A DNA stretch of 64,000 bases, from NCBI GenBank assembly GCA_019912395.1, contig JAIOIH010000014.1, positions 16,800 to 80,799 of the forward strand. Reading direction: 5' to 3'. Source of the stretch: Flavobacteriales bacterium. GTDB lineage: Bacteria; Bacteroidota; Bacteroidia; Flavobacteriales_F; PHOS-HE28. Shown here one piece after another: positions 51,451 through 61,007 of the stretch (position 1 is the stretch's first letter; every line of letters starts with the position of its first letter). The notes under the pieces were generated by a model. The model was not told the origin of the DNA. It did no database searches and saw only the letters and a list, made by a program, of their open reading frames with translations. A program made the translations under genes and the position numbers.

Positions 51451-52551
51451 TCAGGCTTTGGTGGTGCGGTACTGGGGTGAAATGGCCCGGTGCAGCTCCT
51501 CGGTCCAGGGCTGGCCTTCGGAAAGTGCGCGGCGCAATGCGATGAAGTCCACCTCGCGGTCGTTCTTCGGCCCTTCGTTGAAGGCGCGGAAGCCGGCCTT
51601 CGCCTCGGTCATCATGTTCAGGGCGAGCCATTCGCGGCTGCTCTCCTTGTTGCGGTCCCAATGGTCCAGCTTGAACTTGCGCACCTCACTGATGGTCTTG
51701 TTCATGCAATTGGGGAACGTGTGGAGCAGCTTGGCGATGAGCCCGTTCACCGCGGCATCCAGCATGGACAGGTCCACTTCGCCCCGGGCCATGAGCTCCT
51801 TGGCCTTCGCCAGTTCGTCACCGGTCTTCATGGCCCCGAACACGATGCGACCGAACTCGTCCGTAACGCGGTCCAGTTGCACCAGGGGATTGGGGATGAA
51901 CTTGCCGTCCACTTTCAACGCGGGCGCGATCTCGCAGATCACACCGTTCCAGTAGGCTTGGTGGGCGGTCCAGGGTTCGCAGAGGGTGAGCGACACCATG
52001 GCCCTTTCGATCCCCGTGAACAAGGGGAGGAAGTCCGTGGCGCCACCGATGGGCGCGCTGCCGTGCTTGGGACCGGCCTGCCCGAAACGCGCCAGATCGC
52101 TCGAGACGCTGTAATCGCAGGCCATGCCGATCTCCTGCCCGCCGCCGATGCGCATGCCGTTCACGCGGCAGATCACCGGCTTCTCGCACATCAGGATCGC
52201 CGACACCATGTCGTTGAACAGCCGCATGTACTGGCCGTATTCCTGCGGGTTCCCCGCGTAGTATTCCGCGTACTCCTTGGTGTTGCCGCCGGTGCAGAAG
52301 GCCTTGTCGCCCACGGCGGTGAACACCACGGCCACCACGCTGCGGTCGTTGGAGGCGGTGCGGAAAGCGAGGATCACCTCCTTCACCGCCGCGGTGGTGT
52401 ATGAGTTGTACTGCTTCGGATTGTTCAGGATGATCCATGCGTTGAACAGTCCCTTCACGGGGCTGCCGTCGCGGTCCAGGCAGGGCCGCTTTTCAAAGAT
52501 GATCTCCGTGAACGTGTGTTCCACGATGTCGTGGCTGTGCAGGGTTTCCAT
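51451..52551 (-). CDS. oah: 6-oxocyclohex-1-ene-1-carbonyl-CoA hydrolase
   Basis: QYNSYTT...FCTGGNTKEYAEYYAGNPQEY.QYMRLFNDMV...GQAGPKHGSAPIGGATDFLP (Oah/BamA/BzdY signature). Confidence 0.95.
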   Translation of the reverse strand: METLHSHDIVEHTFTEIIFEKRPCLDRDGSPVKGLFNAWIILNNPKQYNSYTTAAVKEVILAFRTASNDRSVVAVVFTAVGDKAFCTGGNTKEYAEYYAGNPQEYGQYMRLFNDMVSAILMCEKPVICRVNGMRIGGGQEIGMACDYSVSSDLARFGQAGPKHGSAPIGGATDFLPLFTGIERAMVSLTLCEPWTAHQAYWNGVICEIAPALKVDGKFIPNPLVQLDRVTDEFGRIVFGAMKTGDELAKAKELMARGEVDLSMLDAAVNGLIAKLLHTFPNCMNKTISEVRKFKLDHWDRNKESSREWLALNMMTEAKAGFRAFNEGPKNDREVDFIALRRALSEGQPWTEELHRAISPQYRTTKA

Positions 52552-52571
52552 GGGTGCGATCAGGATGAGGT

Positions 52572-53636
52572 TCAGTTATCGGTACCGGGTACCAGCACGA
52601 TGCGTTTGGTGTACTTGTGGGCCAGCGTGTTGCGGAACACCTCGTTGATCTTCGCCAAGGGGATGGCCTCCACGAAGTCGTGGATGTCGAGCTTGCCGCT
52701 GCCGATCAGCTCCACCACTTCGGGATAGAGTTCCGGCCTGCAGCCCCAGGTGCCGATCAGTTTGGCATCGAAGGCCATGAGGTTGCTGAGGCGCACTTCC
52801 AGCTTGTCCATGGTGAAGCCCACCACACTGAGCGTGGAGGTGTAGGTAATGAGGCTGAAGGCGAGCTCCTGCCCTGCCGTGGTGCCGCTGATCTCGAAGA
52901 TCTTCCAGCCGTACTTCGGCGCGCCGAGCTCGGCGGCGATCTCGCGCACCCGGGTCTTGATCTCCTTGGCCGACAGGTCGCGGGTGTTGAGCGTGGCATG
53001 CACCCCGTGGGCCTTGGCCTGGGCCAGCTTGTCGTCGTTGATGTCCAGGGCCAGCACCTTGGCCCCCTTGATGTGCGCGATGAGGGCGCCGTACAGGCCC
53101 ACGCCGCCCACACCGATCACGATGGCCAGGTCGCCGGGTTCGAGCTCGCTCTTCTTCACCACTTGGTAGGGCGTGGATATGGCATCGGCCACCACCGCGA
53201 GCTGTTCCAGGGAATAGCGTTCCAGCAACGCTTCCGGCACGAGGCAGAGGTAGCGGTGCGGCACCACCACGTGCGATGCGAAGCCGCCGTGCAGGTCGTT
53301 GCCCGGCATGATCTGCCGCTGGCAGATGTTGCTGCGCCCTTTCCGGCAGAGCTCGCACTCGCCGCAGGGCAGCACGGCGGGGATGATCACCGGCCATCCG
53401 ATCAGGTGGGCCGGACCTTCCACCACGGTGCCGCTGATCTCATGGCCGAGCGTCAGGGGCAGTTCCTTTTTCGTCCGCACACCGTCGTTCCAGAAGCTGA
53501 GGTCCGTGTGGCATACGCCGCAACCGGCCACCTTCACCAGGGCCTCGTGCCCGGCGATCGCGGGGATCGCCGTCTCCACCCGCTCGAAGTCCTGCTTCAG
53601 CGCGGTCATCTGCCATTGTTCCATCGTGCCTGCCAT
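52572..53636 (-). CDS. had: 6-hydroxycyclohex-1-ene-1-carbonyl-CoA dehydrogenase
   Basis: Zn-ADH motifs GCGVCHTD, GHEISG, CGECELC...C, MPGND..GGFASH, VGFTMDKLEVRLSNLMAF. True start is ATG 53636. Confidence 0.92.
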   Translation of the reverse strand: MAGTMEQWQMTALKQDFERVETAIPAIAGHEALVKVAGCGVCHTDLSFWNDGVRTKKELPLTLGHEISGTVVEGPAHLIGWPVIIPAVLPCGECELCRKGRSNICQRQIMPGNDLHGGFASHVVVPHRYLCLVPEALLERYSLEQLAVVADAISTPYQVVKKSELEPGDLAIVIGVGGVGLYGALIAHIKGAKVLALDINDDKLAQAKAHGVHATLNTRDLSAKEIKTRVREIAAELGAPKYGWKIFEISGTTAGQELAFSLITYTSTLSVVGFTMDKLEVRLSNLMAFDAKLIGTWGCRPELYPEVVELIGSGKLDIHDFVEAIPLAKINEVFRNTLAHKYTKRIVLVPGTDN

Positions 53637-53641
53637 GGTGC

Positions 53642-54901
53642 TCACAGTTCCGGGTTCTCGAAGAGGATCGCATTGCCCTGCCCGCCGCCGATGCACGCCG
53701 AGGCGATGCCGTAGCGCACCTTGCGCGCCTTCATCTCCCGGGCCAGGGTCAGCGACAAGCGCAGGCCGGTCGCGGCCAACGGATGGCCCAGTGCGATCGC
53801 CCCGCCGTTCACATTGCAGATCGAGCGGTCCAATCCCAGTTCCCGTTCGCAACCGATGAACTGCGCGGCGAAGGCCTCGTTGATCTCGATCAGGCCGATG
53901 TCGGCGAGCTTCAGGCCGGTGATCTCCAGCAGCAGCCGGATGGCGGGAACGGGGCCCAGCCCCATGGTCCGCGGATCCACGCCGCTGGTGACCGATGCCA
54001 CGATGCGGGCGAGCGGACTCAGGCTGCGCGCCTTCACGAATGCTTCGCCCGCCACCACGGCGGCAGCGGCACCGTCCACGATGCCGCTGGAGTTGGCTGC
54101 CGTCTGCACGCCGTCCTTGTCGAAGGCGGGCGGCAGCTTGGCCATGGCCTCCAAGGTGGCCGGCCGGATGTGCTCGTCGGTGGTGAATCCCTTCACCCCT
54201 TTGGGCAGGCCCACCTTGCGCGGTCGCAGGCCCTCGCCCTCGAATACCGCAGGGTCCAATGGCGCGATCTCGTCCGCGAACCAGCCGCGTTCCGTAGCGG
54301 CCACCGCACGGTCCACCGAGAGCTTTCCGAAGAGGTCCGCCTCGGCGCGGGTGATGCCGTGCAGGCGGGCCACGTTCTCGGCGGTGTTGCCCATGGGCAC
54401 GGCGGCGCTGTCGTTGAGCGCCTCCCACAGCAGGTCCTTGAACTCCACGCGGCCCAAGGGATAGCCCATGCGGTTGCCGAAGGAGACCGTGGGTGCCAGG
54501 GACATGTTCTCGGTGCCCCCGCACAGCGCCACACCGGCCTTGCCCAGCGCGATCTGATCGGCGGCCGCGGTGATGGTCTCAAAGCCCGAGCCGCAGATGC
54601 GTTGCACCATCACGGCCGGTATGCCTTGGGGAACACCCGCGTACAGCCCGACATGGCGCGGAAGGAAATAGGCATCGTAGGAGCTCTGGCCGATGTTGGC
54701 CATGACCACCTGATCGATCTCGTCGGGCCGCACGCCGGACTTCTCCATGGCGGCGCGGCTGGCGAATATGCCAAGGTCCGTCGGGGACACCTGTGCCAGC
54801 GTGCCGCCCAGTTTGCCAAAGGCCGTGCGTGCCCCGTTGACCAGGTACATCCCGTCGTACCGGATGCCGAAGCCTTTCGCCTTGTCGTGTATCGCCTTCA
54901 T
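53642..54901 (-). CDS. Thiolase (acetyl-CoA C-acyltransferase)
   Basis: RICGSG, EINEAFA, GGAIALGHP, SACIGGGQG. Start at ATG 54901, coupled to the upstream stop. Confidence 0.93.
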   Translation of the reverse strand: MKAIHDKAKGFGIRYDGMYLVNGARTAFGKLGGTLAQVSPTDLGIFASRAAMEKSGVRPDEIDQVVMANIGQSSYDAYFLPRHVGLYAGVPQGIPAVMVQRICGSGFETITAAADQIALGKAGVALCGGTENMSLAPTVSFGNRMGYPLGRVEFKDLLWEALNDSAAVPMGNTAENVARLHGITRAEADLFGKLSVDRAVAATERGWFADEIAPLDPAVFEGEGLRPRKVGLPKGVKGFTTDEHIRPATLEAMAKLPPAFDKDGVQTAANSSGIVDGAAAAVVAGEAFVKARSLSPLARIVASVTSGVDPRTMGLGPVPAIRLLLEITGLKLADIGLIEINEAFAAQFIGCERELGLDRSICNVNGGAIALGHPLAATGLRLSLTLAREMKARKVRYGIASACIGGGQGNAILFENPEL

Positions 54902-56745
54902 GCGCGTTCCTTCTGCTCGCTGGCAGGTGGTCCCGGGGTGGCCGCCTCCTGCTCCGCATACTTCCGTGCGTACAGCGCGGCACCCAGCGAGACGATGAAC
55001 TGGGGTTGGTCCGGGATGACCACCTCCTGCCCGAAACGCTCGCTGAGGATGGTCTTGAAGTAGGGGTGATAGGCGATGACACCGCCCACGAGGTAGATCG
55101 GCAGGCCGGTTTCCATGCGGATCTTGTAGATGCGGTTGGCCACGCTGAGGTAGATGCCCTTGGCGATGTCCTCCACGGGCATCTCCGCGAAGATCCAGCC
55201 CATGATCTCGGTCTTGGCGAAGACGGTGCAGAAGCTGTTGAGCTCCTTCATCGCCTCGGAGCGCCCGGCCAGTTCGCTCATGGTGCGCAGGTCGATCTCC
55301 GCGCGCTCGGCCACTTCGGTGATGAAGGCGCCGGTGCCCGCCGCGCACTTGTTGTTCATGTAGAAGTCCTCCACCTTGCCACCGTCGCCGGCGCGGATCA
55401 GCTTGATGTCCTCCGCTCCGATGTCCACGATGTTCTTGCGGCCGGGGTACAGGGAGTCGATCGCGAAGGCGGCGCAGCTCACCTCGGTCTTGGTGGTGTC
55501 GGCACCGGGGAAATGCTCCCGGCCGTACCCCGAAGCGCAGATCGCGGCCACCTCATAGCGGCCCTTGATGTCCTCGAGCGCACCGTGCAGCGCGTTCTTG
55601 TCGCGGTTCAGGGTGCGCAGCAGTTCGCGGTACACCACTTCACCCGCCTCATTCACCACGCTGAGCTTGGTGTAGTACGAGCCGATGTCCACGCCCACGA
55701 AGTGGCTGCCGGGGCTTTCCTCGCGGAGGGCACCGGTGTCCTTCAGCGCGAACATGCCGGCCAGGGCGAGCGGTTCCGGCGGCGTCAGCGAGGCCCCCTT
55801 GCGGGTATGGGCCTCCACCATGTTGGTGAAGAGCAGGTTGAGCGGGGTGCGCACGTAGTGCTTGCGGCCGTACTTGACGAACTGCCCGTTGAAGTGCTCG
55901 ATCTCCGTTTGCCGGTCCTTCATCATGTCCACCGCCAAGGATGGGAAGTGGTTGCCGGCCTTGCGCAGGTAGCGCATGCACAGCTTCACGAAGTTGTCGC
56001 CGAAGCGGATGTCCTCGGCCTTGGCCACCTGCACGCTCTCGCCGATCACCTGCTCGATGATCTCGGCCATGCCCGGCTGCTCCATGGCCTCGCGGATGGT
56101 GAGCCGCGTGATGCCGCACAGCGCGCTGAGCGAGGAGTTGAGGATGGTCTTCTCCCACACCTTGTCCACCAGGGAGAAGGAATCGATGGTCACCGTGTCC
56201 AGGCCGGCACGGGTCAACAGGTCGGCGACGCGCTCCGCGAAGGGGCCCTGGGAGTCGTCCACCGAGGCGATGTAGTTGGGCGCGTTGAAGAAGGTGACGT
56301 TGACCGCATTGGTCCGGGCCAGGTTGCCGGCGAAGTTGAGCACCATGCGGAAGGTGCGGTGCTCGCCGAACTCGTCGATCACGGGTTCCTCCACGTCGAT
56401 GCCGTTCTGTGCGCAGATGACGAAGGGGCTGCCTGCTCCGGGTATCCGCAGTTCTTCGAGCACGGTGCGGGTGTGGTACACCTTCACCGCCAGGATGATC
56501 ACGTCCGGGAATTGGCCGGCCAGTTCACCGATGGAATCGAAGGCGTGGTCCACCATCACCTGCTTGGCCATCTTTCCCTCCAGGTGGATGCCTTCCTTCC
56601 GGATCAGCTTGACCAGGTCCTTGTTATGGTCGCAGATGATCACTTCGGCACCCGCCTCCTTGAGGTGGACGGCCAGGATCTGGCCCACCGGCCCCATGCC
56701 GACCACGCCCACCTTCAATGTTCCCTTCTCTTCTTCCATGGCCAT
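54898..56745 (-). CDS. Fusion of a ketopantoate-reductase-like (PanE/ApbA) domain and an ATP-dependent 2-hydroxyacyl-CoA dehydratase activator (HgdC/FldI-like)
   Basis: N-terminal: VGVVGMGPVG, LAVK, AQNGI, WEK, PSL..D...TEIEHFNG. C-terminal: GVDIGSYYTK, SGYGR, VDIGAED, MNNKCAAGTG, NSFCTVFA, GGV. Confidence 0.88.
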   Translation of the reverse strand: MAMEEEKGTLKVGVVGMGPVGQILAVHLKEAGAEVIICDHNKDLVKLIRKEGIHLEGKMAKQVMVDHAFDSIGELAGQFPDVIILAVKVYHTRTVLEELRIPGAGSPFVICAQNGIDVEEPVIDEFGEHRTFRMVLNFAGNLARTNAVNVTFFNAPNYIASVDDSQGPFAERVADLLTRAGLDTVTIDSFSLVDKVWEKTILNSSLSALCGITRLTIREAMEQPGMAEIIEQVIGESVQVAKAEDIRFGDNFVKLCMRYLRKAGNHFPSLAVDMMKDRQTEIEHFNGQFVKYGRKHYVRTPLNLLFTNMVEAHTRKGASLTPPEPLALAGMFALKDTGALREESPGSHFVGVDIGSYYTKLSVVNEAGEVVYRELLRTLNRDKNALHGALEDIKGRYEVAAICASGYGREHFPGADTTKTEVSCAAFAIDSLYPGRKNIVDIGAEDIKLIRAGDGGKVEDFYMNNKCAAGTGAFITEVAERAEIDLRTMSELAGRSEAMKELNSFCTVFAKTEIMGWIFAEMPVEDIAKGIYLSVANRIYKIRMETGLPIYLVGGVIAYHPYFKTILSERFGQEVVIPDQPQFIVSLGAALYARKYAEQEAATPGPPASEQKERA

Positions 56746-57935
56746 CAGGTGAGTTGTTCGATGAAGGCCTCGATCTTGGTGTGGCTCTGGCCTTCGCTGT
56801 AGAAGCGCAGGTCGCAGAGGTCGCCCTCGAGCACCAGGGTCTCCACACCGCTCTGCTCCTTGAGGCGCTGGGGCATGCCGAAGCGTGCGTTGGAGTTGTT
56901 GAAGCAGGTCTTGGCGTCGTGGAAGATCACGCCGTCGATCCGGAAGTCCTTGACCATGCGGCCCAGGATCTCCGTCTTCGCCCGCTCACTGCGGTTGATG
57001 AAGATCTCCGTGTAGGCCAGTGCGCTGGACGCGAAGGGGTCGCGCTCATCGAAGGCATCGAACACCCAGCTATTGCAATAGGTGGAGGCCACCACGGCCG
57101 CGCGGTTCTTGGCGAAGAGGTCGCTCAAGGTCCGGAGCTTGCCCCAGATCGGCATGCCGTCCCAATAGATGCGGCAGGCCTCCTTCGTAAGGACCCCTTC
57201 TCCCCTGGCGACCTTGCCCTGCAGTTCCTTGAGCAGCAGCGCGTAGTAGTCCTTGGCCTCCTGCGTACCGCGCAACACCACGATGGGCCCCATGTGGATG
57301 GTGGCATCGAAGAAGTTGATCGGTGCCGGGCTGTTGGAGGCCGTGGCCAGCACGGACTTCCAGAGCTCGGTGGCCTCGCGGCTCAAGCGCAGTGTTTCGC
57401 GGAAGCGATCGATGTCGAAGCGCGTGCCGGTGATCTGTTCGCACACCGGCACGAGGGCCTCGAACTGCTTGGCCACGTCCTGCACATGCACGCCGGTCAC
57501 TTGGTCCAGGTAGCGCGGCGGGGTGATGCCGAATACGGGGGCTTGGTGCTCTTTTGCAAAATAGGTGAACCAGTCCTGCACCTCGCGGCACTGGTTGGTG
57601 TTGTACACGATCAGGTCGGGCCGGGGCGGTCCGTCCAGGCCGTACTGCTTCTTCAGGGGCGTGGTGCCACTGAGGTGCGCACCGATGTCGCTGGTGAGGT
57701 AGGAACAGATGTCCCCCGAATAACCGGCCTTGACGGCGGCCGGGATCAGGTCGCCGGAGGTACGCGTGGCGCCGAGCAGTGCGCCGTGGTTCTCGGGGAA
57801 GTAGACCTCGAAGCCGAAGGAGCGCAGCAGTTCGGCGGGCCCCACGCTGGTACACCAGGCCACCGGGGCACGCATGCCCTGGAAGTAGGCGGTCATCAGC
57901 CGCTTGAGCTCGGTGGTGGCTTCGATGGTATGCAT
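56745..57935 (-). CDS. 2-hydroxyacyl-CoA dehydratase family subunit (HgdAB/FldBC/BcrBC superfamily)
   Basis: PAELL..F...FPENH, DICSY, TNQC, IDGVIFH..KTC, LVLEGDLCD...TKIEAFIE. Start at ATG 57935. Confidence 0.85.
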   Translation of the reverse strand: MHTIEATTELKRLMTAYFQGMRAPVAWCTSVGPAELLRSFGFEVYFPENHGALLGATRTSGDLIPAAVKAGYSGDICSYLTSDIGAHLSGTTPLKKQYGLDGPPRPDLIVYNTNQCREVQDWFTYFAKEHQAPVFGITPPRYLDQVTGVHVQDVAKQFEALVPVCEQITGTRFDIDRFRETLRLSREATELWKSVLATASNSPAPINFFDATIHMGPIVVLRGTQEAKDYYALLLKELQGKVARGEGVLTKEACRIYWDGMPIWGKLRTLSDLFAKNRAAVVASTYCNSWVFDAFDERDPFASSALAYTEIFINRSERAKTEILGRMVKDFRIDGVIFHDAKTCFNNSNARFGMPQRLKEQSGVETLVLEGDLCDLRFYSEGQSHTKIEAFIEQLT

Positions 57936-57936
57936 G

Positions 57937-59691
57937 TCAAGCGATGATCTTGCGTCCTGCGGTGGTGATGTCGTCCAGCTTGATGATGTACACCTCCTCG
58001 TCCAACGGATGGTTGGCACCGTAGAGGTTCTCCAAGTGTGCGCGGTACACTTCCACCACGTTGCGCGGTGCCACCTTCATGCTGGGCGTTAGGGTGTTGT
58101 TGGCCAGGGAGAGTTCCCCGTCGATGATCATGGCGGCCTTGATCTTGGCGAACTTCTGGCCGATGCCGCAGTTGGCATCGTGCAGGCAGCCGTGCAGGCA
58201 CTTGCCCAGTTCGTCCAGGCTGCGCGGGCAGAAGCAACCCTCCATGGGGCTCTGCCTGTAATCGGGATGCTCCAGCTGTTTCTTGTTGGGGAAGAGCAGG
58301 GCGATGGGATACTCCTGCCCACTGCCCACCACCATGGCGAAGGAGATGTAGTGGCACTTGAACTCGATGAGCTTCTCGAGGTCGGAGGGGATCACCTTCT
58401 CCCCATTGCTGAGCTTGAAGATGCGGTCCTTGCGGGTGATCAGCTTCAGGCCATCGGGCAGCAGCTCGCCCACGTCGCCGGTGTGGAAGAAGCCATCGGC
58501 ATCGAACAGTCCCTTGTTGGCCTCGTCGTTCTTGTAATAGCCGCACATCACATTGGGACCTTTCACCAGCACCTCGCCATCATCGGCCAGGCGGATGGTG
58601 ATGCCGGGCAGCGGTTTGCCCACCACGCCGGGGGCACGCTTCACGGCGGGATCGGTAAGGGTGCAGCAGGGCGAGGTCTCGGTGAGGCCCCAGCCCTCGA
58701 TCACCGGAACACCGCGCCGCTCGAACTCCTCGGAGAGCTTCTGTGGCAGGGCCGCTGCGGCGGTGAAGATGAACTTGAGCCCCGCGTGGAAGAAGAGGCG
58801 CTCGGCTTCGGCATCGTGGCGTGTGAGGTCCACCAGGGCCTGGTACACCTTGGGGACACTGAAGAAGACCGTGGGGCGCACCAATTTCCAATTCGCCATG
58901 ATCTCCTGGGGGTCCTTGCCGTAGCTGGACTCCAGGTGCAGTGTGGCACCGGTGCGCAGTGCGGTGAACAGCTCGAAGATGCCGCCGAAGCTGTGGTGCC
59001 AGGGCAGGTAGCTGAGGAAGCGATCATCCGGACCGAGGTCCCAGAGCTGGGCCAGGGCCGCTTGTTGGGAAAGGATGTTGCGGTGGCTCAACTGCACGCA
59101 TTTGGGCGTGCCCATGGTGCCCGAGGTGTACATGTTGAGGCAGAGCGCATCGGGATCGGCATCGGTGAACAGTGCATCGGGGCCGCCGGGCGGCGATGCC
59201 AACAATTCGCTGAACCGGACCAGGTTGCTCCACTTCCCGTTGTCCACGGCATCGAAGCTGAACACATGGTCCAAGGGAAGCTCGGGATCGAGCCGGTCCA
59301 ACTGCAGTTCACCGGCAACGGCGAGGAAGCGGGCATCACTGTGCCGGATCAGCAGCTCCGCCGTCTCCTTGTGGAAGAAGGCGAAAATGGGCACGGCTAT
59401 TCCGCCCGAGGCCATCACGGCCAGTTCCATCCGGAGCATCTCCGACCGGTTCGGGGAGAAGATCACCAGCTTGTCGCCCGGCAGGAAGCCATAGTGCGCA
59501 CGCAGGTTGTGGGCAATGGCCCGCACGTCGGCCAGGAGCGTGTTCCAGCTGATCCCTTCATAGACACGGTCATGCTTCTCGGCGAAGACCAAGCGATCGC
59601 CAAAGGCGGCGGCGTTGCGTTCCAACAAAGTGGCCACGTTAGGGATCAACGCGCTGGGATCGAGGTGGGGGCCGCTCTGTTGCATGTCCAT
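57937..59691 (-). CDS. AMP-dependent acyl-CoA ligase (long-chain FACL-like)
   Basis: YTSGTMGTPK, EGWGLTE, FHTGD, RKDRIFKLSNGEK, LTPSMK. Confidence 0.9.
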   Translation of the reverse strand: MDMQQSGPHLDPSALIPNVATLLERNAAAFGDRLVFAEKHDRVYEGISWNTLLADVRAIAHNLRAHYGFLPGDKLVIFSPNRSEMLRMELAVMASGGIAVPIFAFFHKETAELLIRHSDARFLAVAGELQLDRLDPELPLDHVFSFDAVDNGKWSNLVRFSELLASPPGGPDALFTDADPDALCLNMYTSGTMGTPKCVQLSHRNILSQQAALAQLWDLGPDDRFLSYLPWHHSFGGIFELFTALRTGATLHLESSYGKDPQEIMANWKLVRPTVFFSVPKVYQALVDLTRHDAEAERLFFHAGLKFIFTAAAALPQKLSEEFERRGVPVIEGWGLTETSPCCTLTDPAVKRAPGVVGKPLPGITIRLADDGEVLVKGPNVMCGYYKNDEANKGLFDADGFFHTGDVGELLPDGLKLITRKDRIFKLSNGEKVIPSDLEKLIEFKCHYISFAMVVGSGQEYPIALLFPNKKQLEHPDYRQSPMEGCFCPRSLDELGKCLHGCLHDANCGIGQKFAKIKAAMIIDGELSLANNTLTPSMKVAPRNVVEVYRAHLENLYGANHPLDEEVYIIKLDDITTAGRKIIA

Positions 59692-60992
59692 CAGTGTTGT
59701 TCGAGTGCCTGTTCAGTAACTCCCGGCCGCTGGCGTTCGAGGGCCTCCCGGGCCTGCTCACTGCCCACACTGGCGTTCAGCAGCATGCCGAATTTCCGGC
59801 ACTCGTCGAGCCTGCATGAATTCACGAGCTTTCCATCATGGATGCACATATCCGGACAGGAGTCGCACATGTCGATGCGCCCATCCGGAAGCACGTCCGG
59901 TGCCTGGATCACACCGATCCCGATGGCCTTTACGGGATGGAGAAAGCGCAGTGGGTTGCCCAGGCAATGGCCCAGGTACTGCTTGAAGGCGCTCCGCACC
60001 TTGGGGTCGAACAAGCCCATGAAAAAGATCCTGCGCCCCATCTTCACCTTGGGGTACACCAGGTACTTCCCGAACCACAGGTGATGGAGTGTTTGTGCGA
60101 GTTCCATCGTCCTGCTCCCGTATGCGCCGAAGACCCTGCCCTTGTTGTCTGTGATCAAATTGCCGATGAGCCACTTCATGGAACCGTGGTCCATGGTTCC
60201 GTTCAAGTAGGCCGATGCATCGTACCCGGGGAACCGCGCCTTGATGACCGCATAGACCTCCTTGGAGGACACACTGGCGACGTTCATCTTGTCCGGTGTG
60301 ATGGTGTAGCCCAGGGTATCCTCCTTCATATCGATCTTCCTGCCGCCCGCATGGTAATCCACACCGTCCATGACGGGAAGACCCCGGTGGGTGATCAGGG
60401 AGATGCCATTGACCACATCCATGTTGTCCACTCCCCACTGGATGAAATCCGGGACCTCGTGAAGATTGTCCCGGTTCACGGTGATGCCGAAATGCGAGTA
60501 GATGCCACCTACCTTCTTCAGCCGCTGCGCACATTCGAGGCGCAGCGCGTCCATGTCCGATTCCTTGGCGATCTTCTGTTTCTTGAACTCAGGCCGCGTC
60601 TGGGTGCTGTCGATGTGGAAGCTGATCCCGGTGAGGCCCGCTTTCTTCAGCTTGCGGAGCAGGTCCTCACTCAGTGCGTAACCGTTGGAAAGGATCAGGC
60701 TCTTCACGCCCCGACCACTGATGTGCTGGATGATCTCGGCGATATGGGGATGCAGGATCGGTTCGCCTCCGGCCAGCGATATGCCATCGCAATTGCGCCA
60801 CTTGATCAGGAAGTCGATCTCGTCCTTGACCTTCTGGAGGGGTTTGTGTCCCTCGCCGAGCACCAGGCGGTAGCATCCGTCGCAGTGGATGTTGCAGATG
60901 TCGGTGATCTCCACCCAGCCAATGGGGTTGTCCGTAGTGGACCACGGCAGGCGGTACAGTTGGCGTTGGAAGGGGGTCGTGATGCTGTCCAT
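59691..60992 (-). CDS. Radical SAM protein of unknown function
   Basis: CNIHCDGC, GGEP, SNG; C-terminal CDSCPDMC...SC...C. Confidence 0.88.
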   Translation of the reverse strand: MDSITTPFQRQLYRLPWSTTDNPIGWVEITDICNIHCDGCYRLVLGEGHKPLQKVKDEIDFLIKWRNCDGISLAGGEPILHPHIAEIIQHISGRGVKSLILSNGYALSEDLLRKLKKAGLTGISFHIDSTQTRPEFKKQKIAKESDMDALRLECAQRLKKVGGIYSHFGITVNRDNLHEVPDFIQWGVDNMDVVNGISLITHRGLPVMDGVDYHAGGRKIDMKEDTLGYTITPDKMNVASVSSKEVYAVIKARFPGYDASAYLNGTMDHGSMKWLIGNLITDNKGRVFGAYGSRTMELAQTLHHLWFGKYLVYPKVKMGRRIFFMGLFDPKVRSAFKQYLGHCLGNPLRFLHPVKAIGIGVIQAPDVLPDGRIDMCDSCPDMCIHDGKLVNSCRLDECRKFGMLLNASVGSEQAREALERQRPGVTEQALEQH

Positions 60993-61007
60993 CGTGGCGA
61001 TCGGTGA

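Noticed and set aside
48632-55348. Long N-terminal extensions in the ORF track (826, 650 and 568 aa ORFs)
   Set aside because: They overlap upstream genes in other frames; real starts are 50629, 53636 and 54901, so these are not fusions.
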